A stretch of DNA of 64,000 bases from an archaeon (GTDB lineage: Archaea; Nanobdellota; Nanobdellia; Woesearchaeales; GW2011-AR9). The position numbers were made by a program, and so were the translations under genes. The DNA is taken from positions 621 through 64,620 of the forward strand of contig JAUYKZ010000001.1 in NCBI GenBank assembly GCA_030704845.1. Reading direction: 5' to 3'. Shown piece by piece: positions 8,958 through 18,079 of the stretch. Every line of letters begins with the position of its first letter. Positions within the stretch are counted from its first letter, which is position 1. Below the pieces are notes generated by a model. It searched no databases. It saw only the letters and a program-made list of their open reading frames with translations, and was not told the DNA's origin.

Positions 8958-10647
8958 AATTTATTGGAAGAGAACTTTAGTATTACTTCTCCTACTTTCA
9001 ATAACATTAAGCATATCTGTATTTGCTGCAACTAAATCCCCTGAGGGATCAACAGCTAAGAGTATCAGTTTAGCTAGCGGAACAACTTGTAATAGTATCA
9101 CCCGATGTAAACAGATTCATCAAGCTTGGTTGCAGGTGTATGACTCTTTGGGTTACAGCAGGCTAGTGTTTAATCCGTCTTTAGGGAAATGGGTTAGTTT
9201 TGAGAGTGTTTATCTTCCCCAATTAGAAGATGCTCCATCTAGCACGGAAATTACCAATGAAGCAGAATCTTCAGAAGCAGTTAATCTTAATGAGATTAGT
9301 GGCAGGTATGCTGTTTTTATTAATGCTGCTGCTGGACATTTTGGAATCCAGCCGGCTTTAATTGCTGTTTTTATTAAGTATGAATCCGGGGGAAATCTTA
9401 AACCTTCCCCTACGGGTTGTCAAGGATTGATGCAGGTTTGTAACTGGAATGCTAATTATAATGGGTTCACCTCTGAGAATCCAAATATAAAAATTAAGGA
9501 TGATGCTCTCGATCCAGAAGCTAACATTTATGTGGGAACATACATATTGTCCCAGAAATTCAAAAGTGTTAGCGGATGTAAAGAAGGTAGTGATAGAATT
9601 AAATGTGTAATTGCAGCTTACAATGCGGGGGAAGGGCTGATTAATTATGCTACCAAGGGTTTTGAGGGTGAAGCAACTTGGCAGCAAGTAATAACCATAC
9701 TTCAAAATGAAGAGTTTGTGAAGGGATTAAAAGCATATTCTGATGAAAGATTTTGGATTAATTCGAATGGAGTAAACCAAACTTGGACTGATTCAGTTTC
9801 ATGTCAAGGTTTTAAAGATAAGGTTACTAGAAGAGGATGCAAGATGTACAATTTACAGTTTTATGTGAATAAAATCTTTGCTTCTGTATATGGAGCTTCT
9901 CAAGAACAGACTTCTTCAAGTGATGAAACAATTGCTACGGCAAGTGGCGTCGGTAAGAAAGTCTTACTAATTGGAGACTCTCATACGGCAGGTTATTATG
10001 GGGAATTACTCCATAACTCTTTGGTTAATGTAAATTATGAAGTGAGAACTTATGGTTGTGGTGGAAAAGTTGCAACAGCCTTTGCTAACAACAGGGAGGT
10101 TAGTTGTAGTCTGTCTTACAAATGGATTGGTAATGAAAAAACCTTGCTAACAAAACTCACTCCTAATTTTTTCCAGACTGAAATTAATTCATTCAATCCA
10201 GATATCGTTGTAATCAGTCTTGGGACAAATTATTGGCTCAGAGAAAGTAGTATTGCTAATCCAGGAAGCGTACATTATGCTTCTGTAAATTCATTATTGG
10301 ATAGTGCTCTAGGAAAAACTTGTTATTGGGTTGGGGCACCAGTGTCAACTATTAAATTTGGAGATAGTAAATTGAATTATGATGGTACTTGTACCAAAAA
10401 CCATCCCAATGATTATGAAACTAGTTGTTCTCTGGTGAATATACCTGGAATAAATCGGGGAGATATATACGATTATAATTTAGTTAATACAAATCTAAGA
10501 AAACTAGTTGAAGATAAAGGATGTAACTTTATAGACCCAACGCAGATTGCTGGTTTAACGGAAGATAAATTAAGAGACAAGTTACATTTTAATAATGACG
10601 GTTATACTATCTGGGCAAACTACGTCTTCAAGAAGATAATCAAGTAA
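8941..10647 (+). CDS. Secreted lytic transglycosylase (SLT domain) fused to a C-terminal SGNH/GDSL-type hydrolase domain
   Basis: Signal peptide is present. The SLT motifs are YESGGNL...GCQGLMQV and AYNAGEG. The C-terminal half carries the GDSH block (LLIGDSHTAGYYG) and the distal block (HFNNDGYTIWANYV) characteristic of SGNH hydrolases. Confidence 0.75.
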   Translation: MLEMNKIYWKRTLVLLLLLSITLSISVFAATKSPEGSTAKSISLASGTTCNSITRCKQIHQAWLQVYDSLGYSRLVFNPSLGKWVSFESVYLPQLEDAPSSTEITNEAESSEAVNLNEISGRYAVFINAAAGHFGIQPALIAVFIKYESGGNLKPSPTGCQGLMQVCNWNANYNGFTSENPNIKIKDDALDPEANIYVGTYILSQKFKSVSGCKEGSDRIKCVIAAYNAGEGLINYATKGFEGEATWQQVITILQNEEFVKGLKAYSDERFWINSNGVNQTWTDSVSCQGFKDKVTRRGCKMYNLQFYVNKIFASVYGASQEQTSSSDETIATASGVGKKVLLIGDSHTAGYYGELLHNSLVNVNYEVRTYGCGGKVATAFANNREVSCSLSYKWIGNEKTLLTKLTPNFFQTEINSFNPDIVVISLGTNYWLRESSIANPGSVHYASVNSLLDSALGKTCYWVGAPVSTIKFGDSKLNYDGTCTKNHPNDYETSCSLVNIPGINRGDIYDYNLVNTNLRKLVEDKGCNFIDPTQIAGLTEDKLRDKLHFNNDGYTIWANYVFKKIIK

Positions 10648-10664
10648 ATTAAATCAATCAACAA

Positions 10665-11132
10665 TCAATGTTTCCTTAATTCAGCTACTAAGTTCTCAAT
10701 TAAAGAAAGAATTTTAAGCGGAGAATTAACATCTTTAATATCAAACGTGCTTTCTTGAACACCTGCTGAACGCAAATAAACCGAACCATAATTTAAAATA
10801 CGTCCTATCCTATTTTGATTTACGTTTAAATCTGGGACGTAAGCTAGTGATCCAAAGTATACAGTCTTTTTATGTTGTTTAATAATACCATCTATGACAA
10901 CTAATTTAGTATTTGTTATTTTATATCGTGTAACCAATCGAGATAATTCCGCAAAAGAAACTGCGAAAAATCCCACAAATAATCCTGTATATAAAATCAC
11001 ATCTGGAATTGCAACTCCCCTTGTGTTAGCAAGAAGAATCATTAAAAGAATTACCACGCCACAAAAATATTCTGGAAGATAAGCTTTCCTCGTTTTACGC
11101 AGTATTTTCAAAACTTGCTCCTTTTCTTCCAT
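10665..11132 (-). CDS. Membrane protein, bacterial-PH-domain (DUF304/YdbT-like) family
   Basis: Two N-terminal transmembrane helices followed by a YKITNTKLVVIDGII...RIGRILNYGSVYL beta-rich domain resembling bPH_2. Confidence 0.5.
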   Translation of the reverse strand: MEEKEQVLKILRKTRKAYLPEYFCGVVILLMILLANTRGVAIPDVILYTGLFVGFFAVSFAELSRLVTRYKITNTKLVVIDGIIKQHKKTVYFGSLAYVPDLNVNQNRIGRILNYGSVYLRSAGVQESTFDIKDVNSPLKILSLIENLVAELRKH

Positions 11133-11185
11133 TTTGTAATTTTATGTCCTAAACCTTTATATATTTTATGCGAAAAGATAGACAA

Positions 11186-11986
11186 ATGCCAGAACTTCCA
11201 GAGGTGGAAACTGTCGTTAGACAATTACGGCAGAAAGTACTTGAAAAGAAAGTGGTCAATGTTGAGGTGTTTGATCCTAAAGTAGTAGACACTCGCCTTC
11301 AACAATTAGCTCCTTTTAAATTTAAAAATATCACCCGGAGAGGCAAATCTATCATCGCTTCTTTAGATAATGATAACTATTTAATCATTCAATTAAGGAT
11401 GACTGGTCATTTTTATTACGTTCCTAAACTTCCTTCATCAGATACACATAACGAACATCTAGCTGCCGTATTTCATTTCACCGATAAATCTATTTTAACT
11501 CACAATTCTATTCGTCGTTTTGGAAAGATTCAATTAGCAACAAAGAAAGAAGTTGATGAATATGTATCTAAGCTAGGTCCTGAACCGTTAGAAATGACTT
11601 CGAGCGAATTTATTTCATCTTTACAGAAAACTCCCTCAGCTGTTATCAAAAGTAAACTTCTCGAACAAGATTGCATTGCGGGAATTGGTAACATTTACGC
11701 TCAGGAAGCATTATATCACGCTAAAATTCTTCCTTCTAAAAAGATAAATCAAATTTCAGAGTCACAATTAACAAAATTACACAAAGAATTACAAAGTGTT
11801 CTTCTTAAGTCAATCGAACATAATGGGAGTACTGTTTCTAATTATACCCACATTGCTGGTAAAGGCGAATTTCAGAATTTTCTTGCAGTTTATCAAAAAG
11901 ATAAATGTCCAAAGAGTCATAAAATCCGAAAAGTACAAATAGGAGGAAGAAGTACCTACTATTGTAAAGACTGTCAAAAATCATAA
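11186..11986 (+). CDS. Fpg/Nei-family DNA glycosylase (formamidopyrimidine-DNA glycosylase-like)
   Basis: Met-Pro-Glu-Leu-Pro-Glu-Val N-terminus (catalytic Pro2), a helix-two-turn-helix region, and a C-terminal zinc finger CPKSHKIRKVQIGGRSTYYCKDCQ. The start is placed at the MPELPEVE Met rather than the upstream ATG at 11168. Confidence 0.8.
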   Translation: MPELPEVETVVRQLRQKVLEKKVVNVEVFDPKVVDTRLQQLAPFKFKNITRRGKSIIASLDNDNYLIIQLRMTGHFYYVPKLPSSDTHNEHLAAVFHFTDKSILTHNSIRRFGKIQLATKKEVDEYVSKLGPEPLEMTSSEFISSLQKTPSAVIKSKLLEQDCIAGIGNIYAQEALYHAKILPSKKINQISESQLTKLHKELQSVLLKSIEHNGSTVSNYTHIAGKGEFQNFLAVYQKDKCPKSHKIRKVQIGGRSTYYCKDCQKS

Positions 11987-12145
11987 AAATGCGTAAAAGC
12001 GTTCCATGTTCTGGATGCTTTTTTTGATCACGCATTTTTAGGATCCCAAAAAAGCATAAGCTGTTGTAGTGTTATATCCACAATCTTAAGGAAGTGGTAT
12101 TACGCTTTTTTTAGGATAAAATCTGTCTTTACGAGAGGTAGATAA

Positions 12146-12382
12146 ATGTTAAAGAAACTCCTTAGCAGGTTTAGGAAAAAAACTGAGTATTCAAATAGAT
12201 TTCTAAAATTTTATCATGAGAACAGAAACAGATTAATCAAGGAACGTAGATCAATATATCATCAGAAACGTGAGAAAGGGATTTGTGTGCGTTGTAATCG
12301 CAAAGCTTTATCAAAAATTGTTTTTTGTTCATATCATCAAGAATGTCAAAAAGGATATAATCAAAAAGCGAGGAGTTCTTAA
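12146..12382 (+). CDS. Small basic Cys/His-rich protein (78 aa), hypothetical
   Basis: ORF with CVRCNRKALSKIVFCSYHQEC, a putative zinc-binding motif, and a lysine/arginine-rich N-terminus. Confidence 0.4.
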   Translation: MLKKLLSRFRKKTEYSNRFLKFYHENRNRLIKERRSIYHQKREKGICVRCNRKALSKIVFCSYHQECQKGYNQKARSS

Positions 12383-12506
12383 TGAATTTTTTCGAGAAAA
12401 AAAAGAAAACTAAGAAAAAACAAAAAGGAGATCCCTGGGAAGTAGATGATTCTGACCATCCGGTACATGAGAAATATACTGAACAAGGACCTGTGAAAGA
12501 ATAATC

Positions 12507-13850
12507 TTAGGCAAGATATTTTCTATAAATGGCTGTTATTGCCTTTCCTAAATCTACCGATTCAATCCCATATACCATTGAACTTTCTCTCGGCCCTTGA
12601 GACATAAATTTAATGTTTATCCCCTGATTACTTAACGTATCTGCTGTTTCTGCAAGAATTCCTCTTCTTCCCTTTAATCCTTTTCCGGCAATAACAACTC
12701 CGCTGAGATGATCATCGAACTCAACTGATGAATCATCTCCAAGATATCCTTGAAGTTCTTGCATGATCTCATCGACGGCAGTTGGATATTTCGGCAATTT
12801 ATTTCTTTTAAGCATAATGGCTGTGTCGTCAATTCCGGTGGTTATGAATTCGACTGGAATTCTTCTCTTCTTGAAAATTCCAAGTAAATCGCAGACGGTC
12901 CCGATTTCTTCATTCATTCCTAATGATTCAATATTAAATGCACAAAGATTGTCGCGATAACCAATACCTACAATTGGTTTATCTGCATCACTTACTCTTT
13001 CTGAAACAATCCATGTTCCTTCCGAGGGATAAGTAAACGTATTTCTTACATGTACGGGTATACGTCCTTTACGTAGGGGAATCATAGCTTCTTCATGAAA
13101 TATGCTAAATCCGGATACTGAAAGATCTCTAATCTCTCGGTAGGTCATCACATCAATCTTTTTCGCATTAGGAATAATTTTCGGATTAACAGATCTAATT
13201 CCATCACTATCGGTAAAATTTTCATAAGTATACCTTAACGCTGCGGCGAGATGTGCACCAGTTAGATCAGAACCACCCCGACTGAATGTAACAATTTTAC
13301 CATCTAAGGTTTGACCATAAAATCCTGGAACAACATGGAGTTGATCTCCACCTAATCTTTGTCTAATTAATTCCTCAGACACAGATAACACTTTTCCGTC
13401 TAAAGTAACTTTCAGAACTTCGCCTGCATTAACATATTCAGCACCAAGGTATGGGGCCATTATTCTTGCAGAAGCTTCTTCGCCAAAAGCTTTAACTGCA
13501 TCTTCGGCTTCTCTTCCACCATCACTAAGATCATTTATTCTTTGATTTAATATTTCATGAAATGCTTCTTCAAATCTATACGCGACTGTTCCAAAAGCAT
13601 GAGCATAATTTCCAAAAACAGATTTGATATCGTGTTCGGGGTTATAATCTGTATCTTTTTTTTTCTTATCAATAATAGAAATTAATTTATCGGTAACTTT
13701 CTTATCTTCTTCGAAAGCTTTCCCAGGCGCAGAAACAACTATAACTTTCCTTCTTGGATCATCTAGTACTATCTTCTTAATTCTTTCAGCTCCTCCAGCT
13801 CCTCCAGATATGGAACTTCCACCAAATTTGCAAATTATATTTTCAAGCAT
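12507..13850 (-). CDS. Aspartate kinase
   Basis: N-terminal ICKFGGSSI glycine loop of the amino-acid kinase family and C-terminal ACT-like regulatory repeats; 447 aa. Confidence 0.8.
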   Translation of the reverse strand: MLENIICKFGGSSISGGAGGAERIKKIVLDDPRRKVIVVSAPGKAFEEDKKVTDKLISIIDKKKKDTDYNPEHDIKSVFGNYAHAFGTVAYRFEEAFHEILNQRINDLSDGGREAEDAVKAFGEEASARIMAPYLGAEYVNAGEVLKVTLDGKVLSVSEELIRQRLGGDQLHVVPGFYGQTLDGKIVTFSRGGSDLTGAHLAAALRYTYENFTDSDGIRSVNPKIIPNAKKIDVMTYREIRDLSVSGFSIFHEEAMIPLRKGRIPVHVRNTFTYPSEGTWIVSERVSDADKPIVGIGYRDNLCAFNIESLGMNEEIGTVCDLLGIFKKRRIPVEFITTGIDDTAIMLKRNKLPKYPTAVDEIMQELQGYLGDDSSVEFDDHLSGVVIAGKGLKGRRGILAETADTLSNQGINIKFMSQGPRESSMVYGIESVDLGKAITAIYRKYLA

Positions 13851-13898
13851 TTTATTTTTTCCAATTATGTTATATTTATTATTTTACCTGTTCCAACA

Positions 13899-14603
13899 TC
13901 AATTCTGTGGCACATCCTTCACTTTTCCGAAATCAAACACTTCTCCGTTATTTACGATAAACACCGAGAAATCTCCTACTCTTTTTAAGAATGGACTTAA
14001 TATCATCTCTTTCAGAATGTCCGTGCCTTCTAATAATGGGTTAAAACTTGGAACAGCAATTAATACTTTCTTTTTCCAAGAACCTTTAAGGAAACATTTG
14101 AATTTCTCCCATTTACTCCCTTGTCGAATTGTAATTGCTGGATGTTCATGGCCGATAATTATTGTATTTGCATCAGTTTCAACTAATTCGTCCCCGTGAA
14201 TAACTAGTATATCTCCGATTTTATATTCGGTAACAACTTGCACTCCTCTTTTTTCAGCAATTGGTGCAATGATTGGGTCATGATTTCCTTTAATGATTAT
14301 TACTTCATCACATCTTTGAAGAAGGAAATCAAGAAATTGAAGAACTTCTCGCCATTCTTGTCTTAGAACTCTCCCAAATTCATGTTTTAAATCTCCGTTA
14401 ATTACAATAGTTTTTGGCTTAACTTTAAGAAGTATTTCTTCCATGTTTTTGAGAATTTCATCTAACTGGTGTCTTGGAACTAGAATTCCTTTATGGTGAA
14501 GAGCTTCTTCATACCCAATATGGAGGTCATTAATTATCAAAACTTTATTTTCTTTGATCCATAAAGAAGCCCGGATGATTTCAATACCTGGGCTGATTTC
14601 CAT
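13899..14603 (-). CDS. Calcineurin-like metallophosphoesterase
   Basis: Motifs NDLHIGYEE, GDL(K)HEF, GNHD and GHEH in canonical order. Confidence 0.75.
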   Translation of the reverse strand: MEISPGIEIIRASLWIKENKVLIINDLHIGYEEALHHKGILVPRHQLDEILKNMEEILLKVKPKTIVINGDLKHEFGRVLRQEWREVLQFLDFLLQRCDEVIIIKGNHDPIIAPIAEKRGVQVVTEYKIGDILVIHGDELVETDANTIIIGHEHPAITIRQGSKWEKFKCFLKGSWKKKVLIAVPSFNPLLEGTDILKEMILSPFLKRVGDFSVFIVNNGEVFDFGKVKDVPQN

Positions 14604-14626
14604 ATCAACTCTATTTCAAAGAAATC

Positions 14627-14636
14627 TTTATAAATA
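14627..14636 (+). promoter_or_regulatory. Archaeal TATA box (TTTATAAATA) about 23 nt upstream of the tRNA-Asn 5' end
   Basis: AT-rich TATA-like element at the spacing typical of archaeal promoters. Confidence 0.5.
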
Positions 14637-14658
14637 GTTTGTCTATTTGGAGAATTAT

Positions 14659-14806
14659 GCCCCAGTGGCTCAGCGGTTAGAGCATTCGGCTGTTAACCGG
14701 AGGGTCGTCGGTTCAAAACAGATCTCCCGGATCTGGTAGAGGGATTCGCGGTCACTCGCGTTCCCGCTCATAAGATTTGGAGATTGGGAAAGTCCGACCT
14801 GGGGCG
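14659..14806 (+). tRNA. tRNA-Asn (anticodon GUU) with a ~74-nt intron in the T-loop
   Basis: Acceptor GCCCCAG/CUGGGGC, D-arm GCUC-AGCGGUUAG-AGC, anticodon stem-loop UUCGG-CUGUUAA-CCGGA, variable loop GGGUC, T-stem GUCGG...CCGAC. The T-loop (UUCAAAA...U) is interrupted by 14719-14792. The intron ends can pair (CAGAUCUCC with GGAGAUUG), which is BHB-like. Confidence 0.75.
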
Positions 14807-14915
14807 CTCATTTGGGGGATAATATCCCCCTCTTTTTCTAAGATTATCGGTTCGTTATAGATAATTCTAACAAAATAAAGAAACATTTATATATCCTCAC
14901 TGCTGAGTAATAACT

Positions 14916-15662
14916 ATGCGCAAACTCTCCTTGGTAGCTCTGGTCTTAAAATTTGGTTTAGGTCTAGCGAATGCTACACCTCCGGCTTTAGACCTTCCGA
15001 TAGTTAGTATTATGGGCGATTCACTTTCGGTAAGAGCCACTTCAAAAGGGGGATATGCAACTTATCTGCAGGATTTATGTTCTGATTTAGAAATTGATAC
15101 TTACGGGATTGGCGGACAAAATACTCGGCAGATGGTTAATCGTTTTAAGAAAGACATTGTCGATAAAACTCTTGGCAGTTATAGGATGTATGATGATGTT
15201 ATAATCTTTGCTGGGATAAATGATATTGCTATGATAGATAATGATTATGTTAAAACCGGCAAGGTTTGGTCTGAAGAAAGAGTAGATGAACATACTCTGG
15301 GAATCATAGAAAGACTAGACTCTATGTATAAAGAAGCAAGAGATTCCGGAATGAGGGTTATTGCGGTAACAATCACTCCTTGGGGCGGATATAAGGGAAA
15401 AGTTACAAGATACGGACAATCTCACTGGTCAGAAAATAGTCAGAAAGCGATAGATGCAATAAACTTGTGGCTTCGCTCAAAACCTGAAAATGTAGATGTC
15501 GTGATTGATGCTTATGATGTTTTGGAAGATTCTAATCGTCCAGATGCATTAAAGAAAGAATTTACCGGAGACCGACTTCATCTCAGTTCAAAAGGTAATA
15601 AAGTTCTTGCTAATGGAATCTATAATGCTGCATATCAGACAATCTGTTCACCAGATAATTAG
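14916..15662 (+). CDS. Secreted SGNH/GDSL-family hydrolase (esterase/lipase-like)
   Basis: Signal peptide, GDS block (IMGDSLS), and the C-terminal DRLHLSSKGNKVLANGI block with the catalytic Asp/His arrangement. Confidence 0.7.
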   Translation: MRKLSLVALVLKFGLGLANATPPALDLPIVSIMGDSLSVRATSKGGYATYLQDLCSDLEIDTYGIGGQNTRQMVNRFKKDIVDKTLGSYRMYDDVIIFAGINDIAMIDNDYVKTGKVWSEERVDEHTLGIIERLDSMYKEARDSGMRVIAVTITPWGGYKGKVTRYGQSHWSENSQKAIDAINLWLRSKPENVDVVIDAYDVLEDSNRPDALKKEFTGDRLHLSSKGNKVLANGIYNAAYQTICSPDN

Positions 15663-15664
15663 TA

Positions 15665-15919
15665 TCATAGCCCAATAGAATAAATTCTTTCAGCAATTTT
15701 TGTCATAAGATTTTTATCCTGGCATTTCTTAAATAGAAGTTCTCCGTAACTGTGGACAATAACTTCAACTTCTTCAATTTTAATCACTAGGAGAATTGGA
15801 GTTTCTAAAAGAACTTCAAAATGTTCTTTAATCTTGTTAAAGTTTAAAGTTTGTTTTTTAGCTAACTTGGCTGAATATGCAGCTTTTGTTTTGCACTTCT
15901 CAATTATAAATTCAGGCAT
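15665..15919 (-). CDS. Hypothetical protein (84 aa)
   Basis: ORF only; no recognisable motif. Confidence 0.35.
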   Translation of the reverse strand: MPEFIIEKCKTKAAYSAKLAKKQTLNFNKIKEHFEVLLETPILLVIKIEEVEVIVHSYGELLFKKCQDKNLMTKIAERIYSIGL

Positions 15920-16068
15920 TATTTAATTAAAATGACTTGTTTATAAAAAGTTATAGTGCTAAATGTATTAAATATAACTCCTAATAACTCCTTATTGCTC
16001 CTAACATTTTTCGTTACATTTATATACTCTAATAATTTTATTACACCTATCATTAGAGGTGATAGTAG

Positions 16069-16464
16069 ATGGTTAAAAGGAGAGCTTCAAATTCAAAAAA
16101 AGCAAGCGCTGTTGCGCGAAAAGGATCTATAGAGATTCATAGAGTTGCACATTATACTTTCTTTGTAGGATTACTTATTGCAATTGTTGCAGGATTATTC
16201 AGAAATTTATTAAGACCTGAAGTACTTGTGACTACTTTGGTAATTCTTGGATTTATCGTTGGTTTGTTTAATCTTACTGCTAAAGAAACTCAAGCATTTT
16301 TAGTTGCTTCAATCGCATTGATGTTAGCGGGCATAGTTAACCTTGGTTTAATTCCTGGTGTTGGTTTATACCTAAGATCAATCTTAAGTAACATAGTTGT
16401 TTTCGTAGTACCTGGAGCAATTATTGTTGGTCTGAAAGCAATTTGGAAAATGGCTTCTGATTAA
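16069..16464 (+). CDS. Hypothetical membrane protein (131 aa, three transmembrane helices)
   Basis: Basic N-terminus followed by three hydrophobic helices. Confidence 0.5.
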   Translation: MVKRRASNSKKASAVARKGSIEIHRVAHYTFFVGLLIAIVAGLFRNLLRPEVLVTTLVILGFIVGLFNLTAKETQAFLVASIALMLAGIVNLGLIPGVGLYLRSILSNIVVFVVPGAIIVGLKAIWKMASD

Positions 16465-16547
16465 TTTTTTTATTACTTTTTTATTACTTTTTATTATCTT
16501 TAAATTAAATAATTAGTAGTGATTACGCTTAATTATGGGGTGGATTA

Positions 16548-16661
16548 ATGAAACATGCACAGATAAATTGCTCTTTGTGTTCAAAAACTTTTAATGCATT
16601 TACTTTCTCTCACGTAGTTGGTGTATGCTGTCCTTACTGCCGTACTTCCACAAAAGTTTAA
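16548..16661 (+). CDS. Small zinc-ribbon protein (37 aa), not in the ORF track
   Basis: Reads MKHAQINCSLCSKTFNAFTFSHVVGVCCPYCRTSTKV, with CxxC...CxxC spacing typical of a zinc ribbon. Sits in a 220-bp intergenic region. Confidence 0.35.
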   Translation: MKHAQINCSLCSKTFNAFTFSHVVGVCCPYCRTSTKV

Positions 16662-16685
16662 AAAGAATAAATCTTCTTTGAATTT

Positions 16686-17516
16686 ATGAACAAAGTTACT
16701 CAATTTTTCTCATTTCTTGGAAGAGGTCTCGCTATGGGCATTGCTGACGTAATTCCTGGCATATCTGGGGGAACTATTGCCTTCGTAACCGGAATTTACG
16801 ATCGTTTAATCTCCAGTCTTAGTTTATTGAAATTTTCATTAATACCTCTTATCTTTAAAGGGAAATTTAAAGAATTTTCAAAACAGATTGATTTTGCTCT
16901 TTTCATTCCTTTGGGGATTGGAATTCTTACTTCAATATTTTTTTTCTCTGGCATAATCACTTCGCTTCTTATTAATCATCCTTCCATAACTTATTCCTTC
17001 TTTTTCGGATTAATCTTATCATCTGCGATTGTTTTATTGCACAAAATTAAGCGAATTAATGTTGAAAATGTAATCTTTTTAATTCTTGGTTTTTTGTTTG
17101 CTTACAGCATTTCTAGTGTACATATTCTAGAAATAACTAATTCTTTACCGATTATCTTTTTCTCGGGAGCCATAGCAATCTCTGCAATGTTACTTCCTGG
17201 GATCTCTGGTGCATTTATTTTACTATTGCTTAACCAATACCAATTCATCTTAAATTCGGTGCAAGACCTTAATTTCGCAGTGTTAATAGTTTTTGCTCTG
17301 GGAGCAATAACTGGTTTACTTGCCTTTTCCAGATTTATCCATTATCTCTTAACAAGATACAAATCTATCGCTCTAGCTGCTTTAGTCGGGGTAATGCTTG
17401 GGGCACTGAAATCTCCTTTACAACAGATAACTTTTGGAACAAATACTGGTTATTTGGTTCTTGCAACCTTGTTAGGTGTGCTAATCGTTTTTATTGTTCA
17501 GAAATTTGATAATTGA
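16686..17516 (+). CDS. DUF368-family membrane protein (putative polyprenyl-phosphate transporter)
   Basis: The GISGGTIAFVTGIYDRLI motif is repeated later as GISGAFILLLL. Two-fold internal symmetry and 7-8 transmembrane helices are typical of DUF368. Confidence 0.7.
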   Translation: MNKVTQFFSFLGRGLAMGIADVIPGISGGTIAFVTGIYDRLISSLSLLKFSLIPLIFKGKFKEFSKQIDFALFIPLGIGILTSIFFFSGIITSLLINHPSITYSFFFGLILSSAIVLLHKIKRINVENVIFLILGFLFAYSISSVHILEITNSLPIIFFSGAIAISAMLLPGISGAFILLLLNQYQFILNSVQDLNFAVLIVFALGAITGLLAFSRFIHYLLTRYKSIALAALVGVMLGALKSPLQQITFGTNTGYLVLATLLGVLIVFIVQKFDN

Positions 17517-17638
17517 ATGTTTCTTGATTTCTTGCTTGGGTATCATACCCCGCAGTTCTATTGCAATATTGATCCCAAGAAAGATTAAAAAATACCCAGG
17601 AGCTCTGCTCCGATTGGGATTTTTTATTAATCTAGGGT

Positions 17639-18034
17639 TTAATTAATCCTTTCATCTATATCTTTGGCAACTTCTTGTAGTTCTCTAAAGATATTTTCCA
17701 TATCCACTTTGATATCTTTTACAATATTCAATAAATGTTGTTCTCTAAGAATATAGCCTCCCTTAATGCGGACTACAATTCCTGTGTCCATCAGTTTTGT
17801 AAGGTGGTGAACTACGGTCCCTCGACTTAAATGAAGTTGTTCAGCAATATCATCTGAAGTTGCCGTCCTTTCTCTTTTTGCATTTTTTACTAATGTAATA
17901 AACACTCTGAAGCAACTACTATCTTTGTCTCGTAGATTAAAAAGACCTAAAGAATTTCCCAACCATTGTAACTCCTGATTGATATTTCCTTCTTCTTTTC
18001 TTCTTAGCTTCAAAATGGTTATTTTAGTTGCCAT
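17639..18034 (-). CDS. Winged-helix transcriptional regulator (TrmB/ArsR-like), divergent from the grpE-dnaK-dnaJ operon
   Basis: HTH segment DIAEQLHLSRGTVVHHLTKLMDTGIVV. Divergent arrangement with the chaperone operon. Confidence 0.6.
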   Translation of the reverse strand: MATKITILKLRRKEEGNINQELQWLGNSLGLFNLRDKDSSCFRVFITLVKNAKRERTATSDDIAEQLHLSRGTVVHHLTKLMDTGIVVRIKGGYILREQHLLNIVKDIKVDMENIFRELQEVAKDIDERIN

Positions 18035-18079
18035 TTTAAAAGATAATGAACTCTCCTTTTTTAACTTTTCTCCAAAAGG

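Noticed and set aside
17521-17640. Possible tRNA or ncRNA in the gap between the DUF368 gene and the regulator
   Set aside because: Only short hairpins (GGGTATcATACCC, GGAGC/GCTCC) followed by T-tracts are present. This is consistent with bidirectional terminators for convergent genes, and no cloverleaf can be built.
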